Part shown: in pieces, positions 1 through 14,100 of the stretch | Position numbering within the stretch: position 1 is the first letter of the stretch | Layout of the letters: every line of letters starts with the position of its first letter | From: Catajapyx aquilonaris | Lineage: Eukaryota | Direction of reading: 5' to 3' | Assembly: GCA_000934665.2 (NCBI GenBank) | Contig: KZ538248.1 | Coordinates: 62,001 to 93,270, forward strand | Length of the DNA stretch: 31,270 bases | The notes under the pieces: generated by a model | Databases searched by the model: none | What the model was told of the DNA's origin: nothing | What the model saw: only the letters and a program-made list of their open reading frames with translations | Position numbers and translations under genes: made by a program

Positions 1-3000
1 TTTAGCTGTTTGTGCTTGTCCGGACAATAACGGATTGCCTGCTGGCGCGAATCGCACTTTTTTTAATTAACATTCCACTGTAAACTGGTGGCGCCAGATA
101 CAAATCTGCTGGCGAATGAACTCTCGGGAAATAAAAATAGCTGTGGAGCATTGTACCGCACTGTATCCCCGGTAGTCGTACAGTATTCCTGCTTTTGGAA
201 CCACGTATTCACCGCCATGTTATTTTATTACACGGTGTTACGCATATTAGACTGCTGGCTTGTTTTTTCATGCACATCAGGCAGCCATATGTGTTTAAAA
301 CGGGGCGAAATAAACGTCGTTATATTCAGGGACTGGAAATGCGGAGGAATGTGTGCAATTGTGACATTGTTCCTTATGTTAATTACGGAGACAGTCTGCT
401 GTCGTAGACAAGCGTTATCCGTCCATGTTCACGGTGCTATTAGCAGTAAGCCTCTCCAGAAGGCTATTGGGACGCAAGTCCCATTGAGCAAGGCTTTCAG
501 AATAATCTAGAAGCTTTGCGCCTTCCGGGACGCGGATGATAGGCTTGGCCATTCCCAGAAGCACTGTATATATAGTTGACTGCTATACACCCGCCAACCA
601 CGAATTATATCCCGCTCGGCAGGATGCGAATGCAATTTTCTGCTCGCCGTGTGTGTATCCTGCCCTGAGCGGAGTTGTGCACTGTATATATTGTAAATAA
701 TAGCAAGAATGATAGTTGAGGGTTTTTTTTTGTGGACATACAGGACAGTGTCCGGTTTATATGCGTGCCACGAGTTACAAAGGCAGAGAGGCTGAATAGT
801 CGAGAGTCGAGATTGAAAAAGCTGGGGGTGTATTGGGGGCAGAGGCTCGTGTGATTGCAGAACAAAAAAGCCTTTACCGTAGCCAATTGCACTGCCGCGC
901 GCCCATGACACGAGCATTTCTAATTGTCCATCCCGGTGGACTGGGTCAATAGTCATCTTGGATGTGATGGAAACAGGCAGTCCATGGTAGCATATATACC
1001 TGCCGCCAAAAGTTGGGGGGGCTTCATTTGAACTAGGGGAGAGGTAAATTCAGTAGTTTGTCGCCCGCATGGATCCGGTCCACTCATCTGGAGCGGGGTT
1101 CAATCCAGTCGGGTATGGGTATTTCATGTGGCTTGCACCACACCCCTCCCCTTCCATACCGTACCGCCGGATATTGCACCCGGAGCCGCCTCAATCTGAC
1201 TCTGATTGCTTTAAAATGTAATGCCGGAGCTGGGGAAAATTACAAAAAGGCGTTGCTGCATTCCCGAGTTTTAAAATATTTTTTGGGGGGAAACATGGGT
1301 ATGAATTGGAAATGTTTGCTGCTCATAATATTGAACTTGGTGCGGACCGCTGCCTGGCGCAGCGATTGGCTTTGTGTGTAATGCGTATTGTTGGATGGCA
1401 GATGCCAGAGAATGTTTCGGCTTGTCAATTCAGTGCCGGCCGAATAGTTGTCACCGGCACGTGCAGTGTGCGGTGAACTCAGTTACCCCCCGAAAATAAA
1501 GTTTGCCTTATTAAATCAATATGAATATTGCAGCGATAATTTTGTTCTTGGTTTTTGCCCGGCAGTGCTAGTTCGGTTATTATTCATAACGAAAGTGCGG
1601 TGTGTGTTTACGACATTGCCGGATTTTTCCCCCCTTCATTACAGCACCCTTTTTTTCCCCCTTCTTCTGGGAGAAGAGAATAGGGCCTATCGCATTCCTA
1701 TATCTGGCTTAGACAGTAGATTCATCAACTCCGGGCTTTACTTTGACACGTGGAAAATTGCTTTTGCTTTTCCTCCCTATTCTTTTCAAGTTACAAATAA
1801 CCAGGAATGTAAAGAGACAAATTTATGGCTCTAGCTTGGGCTGAGAGTGCAGTTGGTGGGGTTATAGTATCTCTGGATATTTTCCCGAGCACTAATTCTG
1901 ATTTATCAAAGAGTCTTCGCGTTGGCAGAAGCCAGCCTTTAACCGCATGGGCAAACACATCAGGATGTTGGATACCGAGTGGAAAAAACACTTGTATTTA
2001 CCGCGTGTAATGTAAGACGCCATCTCCTTCGTGTAATCGATTGTTTCTCTCCACCCTTCAAATCAAATTACCTTTTAACAGTCACGGATTGCGCTTCTTA
2101 TGTGCTTAAGCTTCATCAGCTGGGGCCATTTCGAATTGTGCTCCATGTTACGACTCCCATACAAATCCAATTCTCAACTTTTGTCCCATCGTAGATTGGA
2201 TGGAATTGCGTAATTCCAACTTTTTTTTTTCTTCGGAGCTGTCCTTGAATTTTTCTGGAGATGCGGCTCACTTAAGGTGTAGCTATAGCAAAAACCGCAA
2301 TATTAGTTGGTTTTCCAGAATTTTGTGCACTGTAGGCTGTGGTTCCCACTGTGAGAAACAGCATGGCCAGCAGTTTCAAGCCAAGCTCGCGGTCGCTTTC
2401 ATTATACATTTGCCTAGCCTGGGTCGCCATGGTGGTGGTCGCTTGGAGGCTCTTCCCCTGGAGCTAGTGGTGAAAGAAGTCAATTGGGCGGCGGATTGCC
2501 CTACCTGCAAGGACGAAACACTTGCGGTTGGGCATTGTTCCCTTGCTGGCTTCCCCCCTTTTGTTCCAAATGGGTATAACTGTGGGTTGGCTGCTTTGCA
2601 ACGTGGGTGACTCCAGTGTAGCGCACAGATTGCTTTTGTCGCGCGCCCGAATTGCGGCGGCCTGAAAAATAAACCGGCTGTGAGTGGGAAAACAAAAGGG
2701 GAATGAGGATGAAGGTGCCAGTTGAACGTAATCCCGTTTGTTCGCTGCAAACTGTTTATTTACCGAGTCCCGAGGGCGGGGACAGAAGCGAAAGGGGGGT
2801 GTCAACATGTCAAATGATTAATAGCATGTGGCTGTGACAATACATTTGGCATGTGAAGCGAGGAACCAGCTTCTTCAGTTGCGACCTGATATGAAAATCG
2901 CGGTCGTGTATTGCACCAGGGAGCCCGGATATTTCCTCGAATTCTCCAGATATTTTCTCCGACCCGGTTCATTGCCCCAGAAATGTAGTCGGAGTCCGCA

Positions 3001-6000
3001 TACCGTAACCCGAGCGTTTCACCCCCGCAACGTGATAACAGCGGCACATCCCTGTACCGGAGGGAGCCCCCCGTAGAATCGATCCCAAAAACACTCCCGT
3101 CGCCCGGAGTCTGATTCCATTGTGCATGTTGTTTTGTCCCGGATGCTAAATCCTGGGGTATAACAAGTAAACCATTCCTTCGTCCTTTTTTGGGGAGTGC
3201 GAGGAAATGTAGCTGTTCCGCAACCAGCTCTTGGTGCGGACTGAAAATGGGTTTTTGTACTACCCAACCCCCTCTTGGTCGGACGTCCTCACGGCGCATG
3301 GACGTCCAGGAGAGGCGCAGTGTGCTATTCGATATCAGGTGGCGGAGAGCCGCGCAACTTGCCAGTACCCGCTGGGCGTCCGTTGCGGAGGTGTCCATTT
3401 TAACACCGGTCTGTGGCACGTGGTGTATATACCTTGTGATAGGGAAAATCATTCCGGTCCACCTACCAAATGGCTTAAGATGTATTGTCTCCCTGAAGTG
3501 TTGTGTCGCGAAGGGCTGTCAGTTGCAGATGTTAGCGTGGGGGGGATTTTGCGAGAGCGGTCGGGGGGGAAACTTTGGCGTGGTTTAGCATCAAAGCGGC
3601 GGCTGTGAAAGGAAGCCTGCCGCCTCTCTCGGCGGGTATTATGCATTTATGTATTTTATTTTTTTGCGGGGGGGGGGCGGGGGGGCTTTTGAAGCCGGGG
3701 CGTGTTGGTGACTTGGAGGCGGGCATGGGCGCTGTCTGCTTCAGGGTCCCATTTACTGCATACTGCCAGGCTCTATTCAAAACCTGTATTCATGGGAGGG
3801 GAGTTATAGTTTTGATGCAGAGGCTGTTTGTTGAATGGTGAGTCGAAGGAACTGTCACTGTTGCAAATTAGCTGTTTGTCAACATTGGTGAAACTAATGG
3901 TGAAACGGGAGAAAAATATCGCAGAGTGGACGAGCAACACGTGCTTTGCCAACGAGTGGCTCCTCTATTATACGCGGATTTTGACATCTGGCTATGCGCT
4001 GAATGGGGGGGAAAAAAAAACGGAGACTTCTCGCTGGAAAACACCGTCGATAGCGACCTTTTTTTTTGTCGCCAGCAATCACGTCAACTGGGTGGAAAAC
4101 GACGCCTATCGTCGTGGCGGGATATTGCTGATGAATAGCTGTTATTGCCAAAATCTGGCGCCAGGTCCTTTCATGCGGAAATAAGCGGTAGACTGGAATG
4201 TCGGCCTTTGTTTAGGAAAGGTTCTTGGGGCGTGCAAAAGCTTCGGTGGGGGGGATGGGAGAGAAGGGTAAGAGCTTTGCCGAGTGGTGCGTGTGATTTA
4301 ATGGAGCGAGAGGAGGAAATGAGATGAATCGCTTAGCTGGCAGTGAAAAGTGACGATAGGGAGCAATTATCGCGACTTGGGGTTGATCGCAGAAATCAAA
4401 GTGGGGAGACACTTGGCGAGGAATTTTGCGGAGTCCGATCGCATGTGGCGCAAAAGTTTGCTCGGCACGTGCGAGGAAGAAGCTTGCGAGTAAAGCTGGT
4501 TCGAAGCGGGCCGGGATTTTGAAGTTGGAATTGTTTTTTTTTTCTTTTTTGGGGGGGGGGGNATGTGGTGATTTCTTCAATTTTCTGGAAGCTGAGCCCA
4601 TGATGTCCTCGAGATTGCGTATATACAAAGGACTAGTTGGTGCAAAGTGGCCGTGTCACCCGAAACTCCGTACCTCTCGACCTGGGGCAACATGACTCCC
4701 CATAAATTCGCACCTTAATGACTCTTGAACGTAAACACAACTGTAGGGGGTAACGCCCCGGTGCCTCGTCTTTGCGGATCAATAGTGTCTGGCCCCGAGG
4801 AGAAAACATCGCATATGTGGACCTTGCGCAGTTCTCAGCACATATGTGTGCATGCACTCACACCCTTTCCGGTATGTGACAGGGAAAATAAGGGGGGGGT
4901 GCCCCTTGGATTTATAGCGGCGGGGCATCCGCTCGACTCCGACGCCGCTTGCCTTTTTCGGATTCCGTCACGGCGAGCGATTTTGCTTCCGTGTGCGTAC
5001 CCTTGAAGTAATTTCATTCCATCGCCACTCGGTGTAATGCAGGGTCGCCCGTTGCTTCATCATGGAAAAGAGGGTCTGGTCTCGTGGGGATGGTCTTGAC
5101 CGCGGTTTCAATCGGCGTCTAAGTGAAAGGGGGTTCGGCTCAATATGAGACGTACTGACTCATCCTGACAACAAATGGCATTCATCGATTCGGTACCCCG
5201 GAGAAGAAGCATGGAAATCTGTATAATTAAAACCGATTTCGATACCAGAGTGTCGCGCACATTGAATTATTGCGGGACTTGCGTCATTCCCGTTGGGGAT
5301 CCCCAAAAAATTCATGGGTGGACCAAATAAGCCCCTGCAGAGGTTTGTGGGTTTGGCCCATGGTCAGAAATGCCTGGGGTTTGGGAGCATGTATGGGCTG
5401 AGGGCCAGTTTGGAATTTTGACATTATTTCATAAGAGCAGGGTATATGTATTTTAGAAAGCAAGGGATCGATTCCGTCTTCTTTCTTGTCACAATGACGT
5501 CGTCACCCCAGCAACAGTCATTAGTCGCCTGGTGACAACTTTTGAACCGTAGTTCTTGGGCTTGTTATTTTTCTCAGCCTTTTGATAGAAATGTACCGGG
5601 GGCTTGTCAACCAGGCGCTCGACGTAATTTTGTGCGTCATGTGAAGTCACAGGTCAACGCCATTTCCAGTATTTCTCGCAAATTTTGCCCCCCCTCGTCT
5701 TGCGAACCGCCTTCCCCCTAAATGACATCTGCCCTGTTTTCCGAGTGTGTGGAGCCGGAATGATAACACGCCAAGGGTAGTAACCGCTAGGGGGGTTATG
5801 ACAAAATAATTCGCGGCGCCTCCCGTTTCGCTCATCTTATTAGCGCCAGGTCTCGCCGACACTAATTCCCCCCCAAACTTAATTTTCCCTCACGACCATG
5901 CATTTTTCTCTCCAGTTTCCCCCTCCCATACACAGGAAAATTATTCCGGAATAAGTTGCAATTAGTCCGGTGCATAATTGGCAGGCATTATTAGAGACTC

Positions 6001-8136
6001 ACATTAGCATTGAACCTGCACCGGGAGGACAACAAGCCTTGGAAGTGTACCCGTAGAAGTGAGGGCTATGCAAAGTGGAAATACATGTCGTGGGCTCTGG
6101 CATCTGAACCGCAGAGGTTTAGCGCCGCTGGAAAGGAAGAGAGGAGGATGGGAAGCAGCAGCAAGAGGGATGGAAGAAGGACGGTAGATACGGTTGTTGG
6201 CATTCGAGGAGACAGGCCTCGAGAACCGGCGTAATCTCGGGCAATGCGGTGTGGACGGAGTTAAAGTGGGCCCCCGTTCTCGGCTGCTTACACAGGTAGG
6301 CCACGTATGCCAGGAGCTGCCTTGTCGCACGTCGCGAAGCTCCAGGGAGTTACTCGTAATGGCTGAATCTACCAGGTGTATCAGATGTATTCCGTACGGT
6401 AGGGGGTAAGATTGCGTTGTTTATTCTGAGGCGTATTACCGTCGGAGTGCGAAAGGGTGTTGGGCTGTCCTGCTTGATAAGGGTAGAGGACCTGTTTATG
6501 CGACTTTTTGGGCCAGATTTTGGCGCATTGCAGCCGTTGGCCCCTGGATTTTGGGTGTAGGCGGTTACATCAAAAGTGCAATTAAGTCGGTTGTAAGTAT
6601 GGCCCCGAGCCCGGAGGAGTTAATGAGATAATGCATAGCTGATATGCTGGGCGTCATAGTTGATGAAGATTGCTTAATGGAGGCTTTTAGGGACTACCTT
6701 TTTTGCATAACGCGCTCGGGTTTTGCCACTTCTTATGAGGAAATTTTGGAGCGAGTTTATTTGGTGTGCGACGGCGACAGATGACAGAACTGGCGTGCGT
6801 GCAAGGCAGCTTCTACATGGCTTTACTGTATAAGCAGCGTGGTTTTGGACAATGGGCGGTGTTGCGAGGATGGTGCGTTACCAGAGACAAGCACCGGATA
6901 GTGTACCCGTGATGTGGAGCCTCCGAGGGTGTTCCCCGTTGTGGAAAGGGGCCATCCACGCGCTTCATCTCGCTTCGAAGGACTAAATGTTCCTGTCCGA
7001 CTACCCCTACTGGTCCCGCCCTCCCAAGGAAGGCTATTGGAGACTGCAGCAGAAGGTCACCGTCAACGTCATCAGCGACGGTCAGTCCTCATTGTTTTCG
7101 GTGTGCTTTTGGTTTGAACCTATACCGCATGGGGTCACAGTGTAGAACCCCCACACCATCATTACACGTTTTTATAGGCTATGAACATGCTGAAATCACG
7201 AAAGGGTCACATTCGTGGGAATCGCGGGGGTCACATGAAGACATAAAACCTAAGCCAAATATTTATGCCTCAGTAATCGAAATACGACCCCGTTTTTTGA
7301 ACCGCCCTAGTAGTGCAAGGATAGGAGGAGTTTGATCGAAAGTCTGGGATGAGGGTCGTAAATTTAATAGACCAATCGTCGGAGGTACCGACCAGGGTGC
7401 CAACCACCTCTTCCTCTTTTATTTCCTCCGAACCCTCCATCGTAGATATTATATATATTTTTTACCCCTCTCTTCCCCCCGGAAGAAATTCAATGATCAC
7501 AGTTGGATAGCTCGCGATGGGAGACCAGAATTTGTGGTACCGTCGAGGGCTCCTCGGAGAAAATTAGCCCCCAGGAAAAAAAATAGTACTGGCTTATCGC
7601 GTTCTGCACGTATATTTCCGGTCTCATACTCTTTTTTTATGCAAGCCGATAAAGAATCACCTAGTGTGCAATTCTGATCTGATCGGCTCACCTAAATGTG
7701 TGATTTTGCACCATGTAAGTTTTTGAGTGTGCCTATTATACCGGTAGGTTATAATGTATTTTGACAGCCTCTGAGGAGCCATAATGCAGGGGGCTGCATA
7801 TTTCGCATTCTCCGAAGAGCATTAAAGGAGGCGGTGGAAGCCGGTGGAAAAAAAAAAGTGTTAGTTATAAAACTTCATTCCGTGCATCAACCCAAAAATG
7901 GCCGGGAGGGAGTGCAAGGAAAATCGTTAGTCGTTTGGTGCGGAATTCGATTTCGGCGGGGAGATGCTCGACGATTTAGTGCGAATCGGTATTGGCAAGC
8001 GAAACAAAAGGGGGTTTCGTTTTTTTGCAATCCCGTCGCGAAAGCTTCTTTCTTCAGTGTGTATGGGAGCTAGGCAGTTGAAAACAACTCTTGGACTGCT
8101 GGCATGGGGTCGATTGACATCTTTACTGGGGAGGCC

Positions 8137-8177
8137 GAATGTCCTCTTTTTTTGGTGGGAGAATGTCCTCTTTTTTT
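8137..8177. repeat. 17-bp direct repeat (gaatgtcctcttttttt), two copies, period 24
   Basis: Copies at 8137-8153 and 8161-8177. Confidence 0.8.
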
Positions 8178-11100
8178 TCTTTAAAAAAAAAAGCCCAGGG
8201 GGTGCTCGACTTATAGTCTGAGGCTCTTTGGCAAAACCTCTCCAGCAGCGCCTTTTGCAATTTTTCTTCTCCCCGTTTTCTTTGAAAGTCGTTACACCCC
8301 CCGTCGACGGTCGGTCCACTTTCACTTAATGAAAAGTATCCCCCGAGCAGGTACAAGAATTAAAGGGAAAATCAATGAAGGCGGAGCAATTTTCTCGAGC
8401 GGTAAATCAAGGGGGGTTTTTCCCCCCTTTTTTTTGGGAAGACAGAATCTGCAATTTTGAACCGTTTTTCTTTTTTTTTGTGGAGGAAGATAGCCAGTGT
8501 GTTTATGTGAGAGAAAAGTTCAGCCGAATCCTCCCCCGCTGGGGTAAGAAAAAGGACCTTTCATCCTGTAGAACTAATTGAGGCGTGGAGAGAGGCCGAG
8601 TGGTGTTTGAACTCTGAGAAGCTGAAGGAGGGACAAAAAGTGGTGTATGCAATCGATATTGCATCTTGGGATGATCTGCAGTAATTGTTTGGTTGCACCG
8701 CCTGTAGGGAACATTTTTCAGCTGGAAAAGAGCCAGGAAAATTTCCAGGAGGTTCCTCTACTTGATTGTGCAATGCCATCAAAATGGTCCGTTTAAGGTT
8801 AGTATCTAAGTGTGCAGGACCGCAGCCTGCACCGCCGAAGCAGTAATGCAAAAATATCCCAGCAATTTTTATGGCCGCCGCATCCCTCGGGAAGGTTTCT
8901 ACAATCCCATTGCTCATCCCAAAATCGAGCGGAGCCCATGATAAACCGGGCTTTCTGATAGCCTCACTTCCGGCTCTATTTTTATTTTATTTTTATTTTT
9001 CCATAGAAATTCTAGCACAAGTTTGGGGATCCGTATACTGTATTATTCCTCCGAGAGAGCAGATTTGCAATGCAGGAAATAAGAGTACATCAGAGCAGCC
9101 GTCTGAGCCCTCCTCGGTAGTCTTTGGCGGGGGCACAAAGGGACACAAAGGGCAACAAAGAGAAATAGAGCGAACTTAACGGCAGTTGCTAAACTTTGCC
9201 CAGCACATTCCCTGGCGAAAGACGTCGCTGAATAAATTAGCTTGTAGCAGGAAATGAAGCACTTTGGCGGTCGCTGGTTTTGGCCGGATAGTTGTCACCA
9301 CTTGAGGCTTGGGATGGTTCGCAAGTAAAATCCACTCCAAGTCAAATCAGTCGGTTGATGATATGGGGAGCACTGACAGTGAGAGTTGAAAGGGTGCGGT
9401 GTCGAGTTTTGCAGTGAGGGAGAACTATGAGGGCTCTTGATGCTGGATTCAGTGTGGGCAAGGTTGTTTTATAGCATTGCCAGGACCCCAACTTGTGTGG
9501 AACTAAAATAGTCGCGAAATTACTTGGGAATGAAACCAGCAGAATCAATCCTTTAGATCCAGCGTGTCTAAACATCCATAAAATAGGATGTAAAAGTTAT
9601 TTTATTAAGCGGCGTGTTGTGACACACTGTACTGTACACTCCCTGGTGTTATGTTTGCATACAGATTACCTACTGTAACACGCGGTGCAGCCAATACGTC
9701 GATCGTGATCGACCCACAGCTTGAGAGATTAATAGGCTTTATATCGGACCGAGTAATCAGTTTAGCGTAACCGCCTTTTGTGAATACACTGCAACAAAAA
9801 TTCATCGCTATTTCCATGTTCCTTAGCTCACTGGTAACTCATAACACGAGTTTCGATGAGCATGGACAAAATCGTTGTCATTCTGTGAGGAGGCTGTTTG
9901 GACCTGTTTATCCTGGAAAGCACGCTACTCTGCGAACAACCGAGGTGCATGGGTAGCCCTCAAGAGCAAGGATAATTAATTCAGAACAAATGTTATTCAC
10001 ATGATTGGATCACTTGTTGCTATTGATCATGCAACCGGGCACAACACATTGATTAATATGTGTAGAGATGCTGGCAGCGTTGCGCAAGGTAGCACAGAAG
10101 TTCATGCACGAGTTGGCACAAGGAGATCAAGAGCTACGGTTCCTGGGAGCAGACGCATAAGGTTGCCTTATAATTCCCCGATATTTGCAAGTTGAGTGAG
10201 GCTTGATCCGATACACAGACGCTCCAAGCTGCCTGTATATACCTTTACGTGGCGGGAGAAACATGTCCTGTAAATGGTTCCTGCGAAGCACAAACATGTC
10301 ATCTGAAGCGTATAGATAATTCATGAGCCTCCACCCCACCTCGAGATGCGCCTTGGGAGGAAAAGAAATCCCTTTACAGGGCAAAGGCCGCGGAGATAAA
10401 TTATTCCAGAAGCATAGAGGACAACAGCTTTGCGACGAAAACCTTCTTAGGGGCGGGCATTATTCCACCCACTTTTAATCCTCCGGAGAGTAAAGCTCCC
10501 ATTCCCCCCAGCGGAGGCCTCGTGATGGAGCAGCAAAAGTGAGAGGCACATGCGAAAAGCGGGGAGGATTTTGCGACATCCATAATCAGGCTAATGGTGT
10601 AATGCAGGGCCCGCCTGGCCGCTATTGTTTGCCTCCGCGTGTTGAATTCCCAGGATGAAGACAACATCCTCAGAAGAGCATGGAAAGGCGACTATAAGTC
10701 TGGATTTTTTTATGCTATAACCCCGTCAGCGGTATGGCCTGAGGGTCAGTTTAGAAATTGTATTGTATTTAGCTGGGGAGTGTAATAAAGACCGGTTATA
10801 TGTTGAAGCCTTGTTTCCAGCACAAGAGACTTGATATTTTGAATGTATGGCCCCTGCGATTTTACAGTAATACGTTCAGCGGTGAGTTGTAGGTACATGG
10901 GAATTTGCCGCATCCAGATTAGGCCACGCACCCTGCCGCAATACCCGGTGGCAAACTTCCAGTCTCCTTGCTAAAGTTTTCCCCGCATCGTAAAGTGTAA
11001 TGGTGGAAAACGTGGGCCCCCACCGAACTTTCCAGCAAATTAGGAAACTTGAACCCTTTTTTTCCCCCTGTTCACCCCCCTCCATCCACCACCTAGAGTT

Positions 11101-14100
11101 GGTCCGGGGACGAAATTTTGGGCCATGGAAGTTAGCATGTGGCACGAGAGCCTGGACTGAAGGGATTAATTTCTTTGTCTTTAAAAGCCTTTTTTGGGGG
11201 TGTTTGGGGGATTTTCTTTAATTCGAAAATACTGTAGCTTGTAGCTTTTCTCATTTTTTTTACGGTCGTATATAGTACACGGTATAGGAGAAACTGCAGG
11301 GTAGCAATTAAAACGGTCTGTGCTGGACTCGCGTGGAAAAGTAGGACAGCTTCCAGCCAGTTAATTAAACAAATGAATATCTGCAGAAAGTTTTCTGGGG
11401 AAGAGTTATTCCGCCGCTACGATGCATCATAAAGAATTTAATCTACGGAAGGAGACACGTCGCGCGTCCTACTTTCTCCAGCAGTAATATGACCAAGTCT
11501 GACCATCTGTCGTCACCCTTTGAGAAAATAGACGGAATGACTTATCCTTCTTTTCCAAACGAAAGGAGAAAAAATCGGGTTCGGCTGTAAAACCGGGATC
11601 CGAGTGGAAAAGTTTTCGTCATCATTCCCACTTTTTCTCGTTCTTTTTTTGCCTTTTTCGACCCACTCTCAACGTCTGTTTTCTGGACGGCGATAGGGAG
11701 TGACGGAAGGAGGTTGTATTCCCAAGCGATCGGAAGACTGAATGGGGGTTGCATTCGTGCTCGCTTGGACATTGGGATCTGGAGGTTTCATCCAGGTAAT
11801 CTACTCTTGGAGAATGTGGAATCTTCTTCTTCCCAAGAGAGGGAGAACCTATACATTTTGGAAGGGATGACTTTCGGCGGAGTATCGACTGAAATGGCAT
11901 GGGAGTTGAGATAAGAATATGTTAAAAAGTTGGAGGGGGGCTGTGTGTGAATTCGCAATGTACTGTGCAGGGTTGTTATGGAACACCCGGTGTATCTGCA
12001 CTTAAATTTATAACTTGACTTTTCACTTTGGTTGGAACATCAATCCGGAGGGGGGGACGTGACAAATGGTTCCAATTACCGTCTCATTAGCTTCGTACGA
12101 GAGCGAAATGAAAGCCTCATAATTCGGGGAGATTATGAAGCTACGGCCAAGTTTCGGAAGCACCGTGGAGAAAATTGGGTGAATTGAGAATGTTTGAACT
12201 TGGCAATGTTATAGAGGGGGGGAGGGGGGTGCTGTAGTTTGGCGGTGAATCGATAAGTAACACCGCGGAAGAGACCAGTGTTCTGAGAGAAACGACTGAA
12301 AATTAATCGGAGGGCTCATTCAATTTAACTTCTGTTTCCGACGGAGACTGTGGAGGCGGGGGAGCNGGGTTATTATTACGGAGGGAATTTGAAATGGAGG
12401 GTGGGGAGAGGATGGGGGGTATTTCCATGCTGGAGTGAGGATTGTCGGCAGAGATATCCAGTAATCCGCCCTTGAGGTGAGAAAGTTTATGCTGCGATGT
12501 GGCTGACAGTGCTTGAATTCTGTGGATTGTTGGAGCAAGTTTATTGCAAGGGAAACTGGGATTTGAAATATGTCAATAATGCTAGCTGAAACTGGATTGT
12601 GGCGCTCATAGTATACACGTTTGAAGCCATGTGAAACGTGATGGAATTAATTTCAGTGCGTAAAAATTGGACTTATTCGGGTAATAGGATGACTGTATAG
12701 GCGTATACAATTAAGGCGATTTCCTGCAAAAGTAGACGCTAATGTAGTTAGCGGAAGCTGATTATTACAAATGCGTAACGTCGGTGTTATAGGTCCCATG
12801 CGATTTCCAAATTGCATTGTAAAACCGTAATCTAACTTTTAGTTAGATTAATTCGTTGCGTATGTGTATATAGTACCCTGCTAGTACTGTATGTTCCGGG
12901 AGCGGCTTATTTGTAAATAATTTTTTGGTGGGAATTTTGGTACATTTGGTTGCCACCACGTAGGCGGGGGGGAAAAAGTCGAGTTGAAACTTGGCAATCG
13001 AAACCCAAGGCGTTTCCCGCTTAACTGAATATTTTAGGTGACTTCACCTCTATCGGGCGCAAGGTCTGCTTTCTTGGACTTTGCCTCAAAAGAAAAGAAG
13101 AATTGAGCCTTGGCAAAGGAAAGCACGCCAACGAGCGCATCAGTGGAAAAAAAAAGGGGGAGAAAGAAACGACGGTTCGAAGAAGTAAGAGAGTACCCCA
13201 AAAAAAATCGTAAAGGAAAGGAAGTCTTCACGTTCCTGTATCTCCTTTGTAAGTAAGGCATCACAGCGATTCTTGAGAAGAGAAGGGGCCCGGACCCCGT
13301 TTGCTTTCTCCGCCTCTCAGTTCACTGAACACAACTGCACCTGCTTTCTTTATGGCGAAAGTCGTTGAGCTCCTCTTCTGGAATGGGTCGACTGCTGTAG
13401 CCCACAGGAGGAAAGGTTAATTCAATAGGAAACTTGTGGTCCCACCACTTTTTTCTCTCTAGAATTGTCGTCTAATTGCGTTAGTAGGAGCCTGCATCCG
13501 GCACGTTCCAGGCATTATTTGCGATTTTGCTTAGCGGACCTATGACCACAATAAAATATTTGCTCGAGACGTTTGAACTGTTCCTTAACGCGACATGAAA
13601 CCGGATTGTAAATCACCTATGTGATCAGCAGGCGTCACGACACATTTCATTCGAAATATACTATTTTTCCCCTTTGATGTGCGACCATTCGTTACAGTAC
13701 CAGGATTGATATAGACAGCCTTTATGACCTGCGGTCACGAACTGTCCAGAATCTAAATCATGGCTTGGTGTATCACGAGAGAAATGGATCGGTTGAAGCC
13801 TTACCTTGGGCACGTTAAGCTGGCTTGCAACCACGGGTAGAACCCACCCGATAATATTACGCATGACAAGCCGATCTGATAGAATCCGACGAAGACTTCA
13901 TTTGCATCGAGTGGAGTTGTCTTCCAGCCTCTAATGATTATGCTAATGGCTGACTGCCGGGAATGATAAAGCTCACCTACCCTCGCAAGCGGAGGACTAT
14001 ACACGACAGGGAGACATGCTCCGTACAATTGAGTGAGGCGGTTCCAAAAGGTCGTCTCCAAACGCGATGCATCTTCTGGCAAAAGTTGCCTGGCCTCCTT

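Noticed and set aside
2343..2357. Adjacent CSL/Su(H)-like sites TTCCCAC-t-GTGAGAA (tempting given the LNX-Numb-Notch link)
   Set aside because: The orientation and 1-nt spacing do not match the canonical paired site (head-to-head, ~15-17 bp apart), and single 7-mers are expected by chance in 31 kb.
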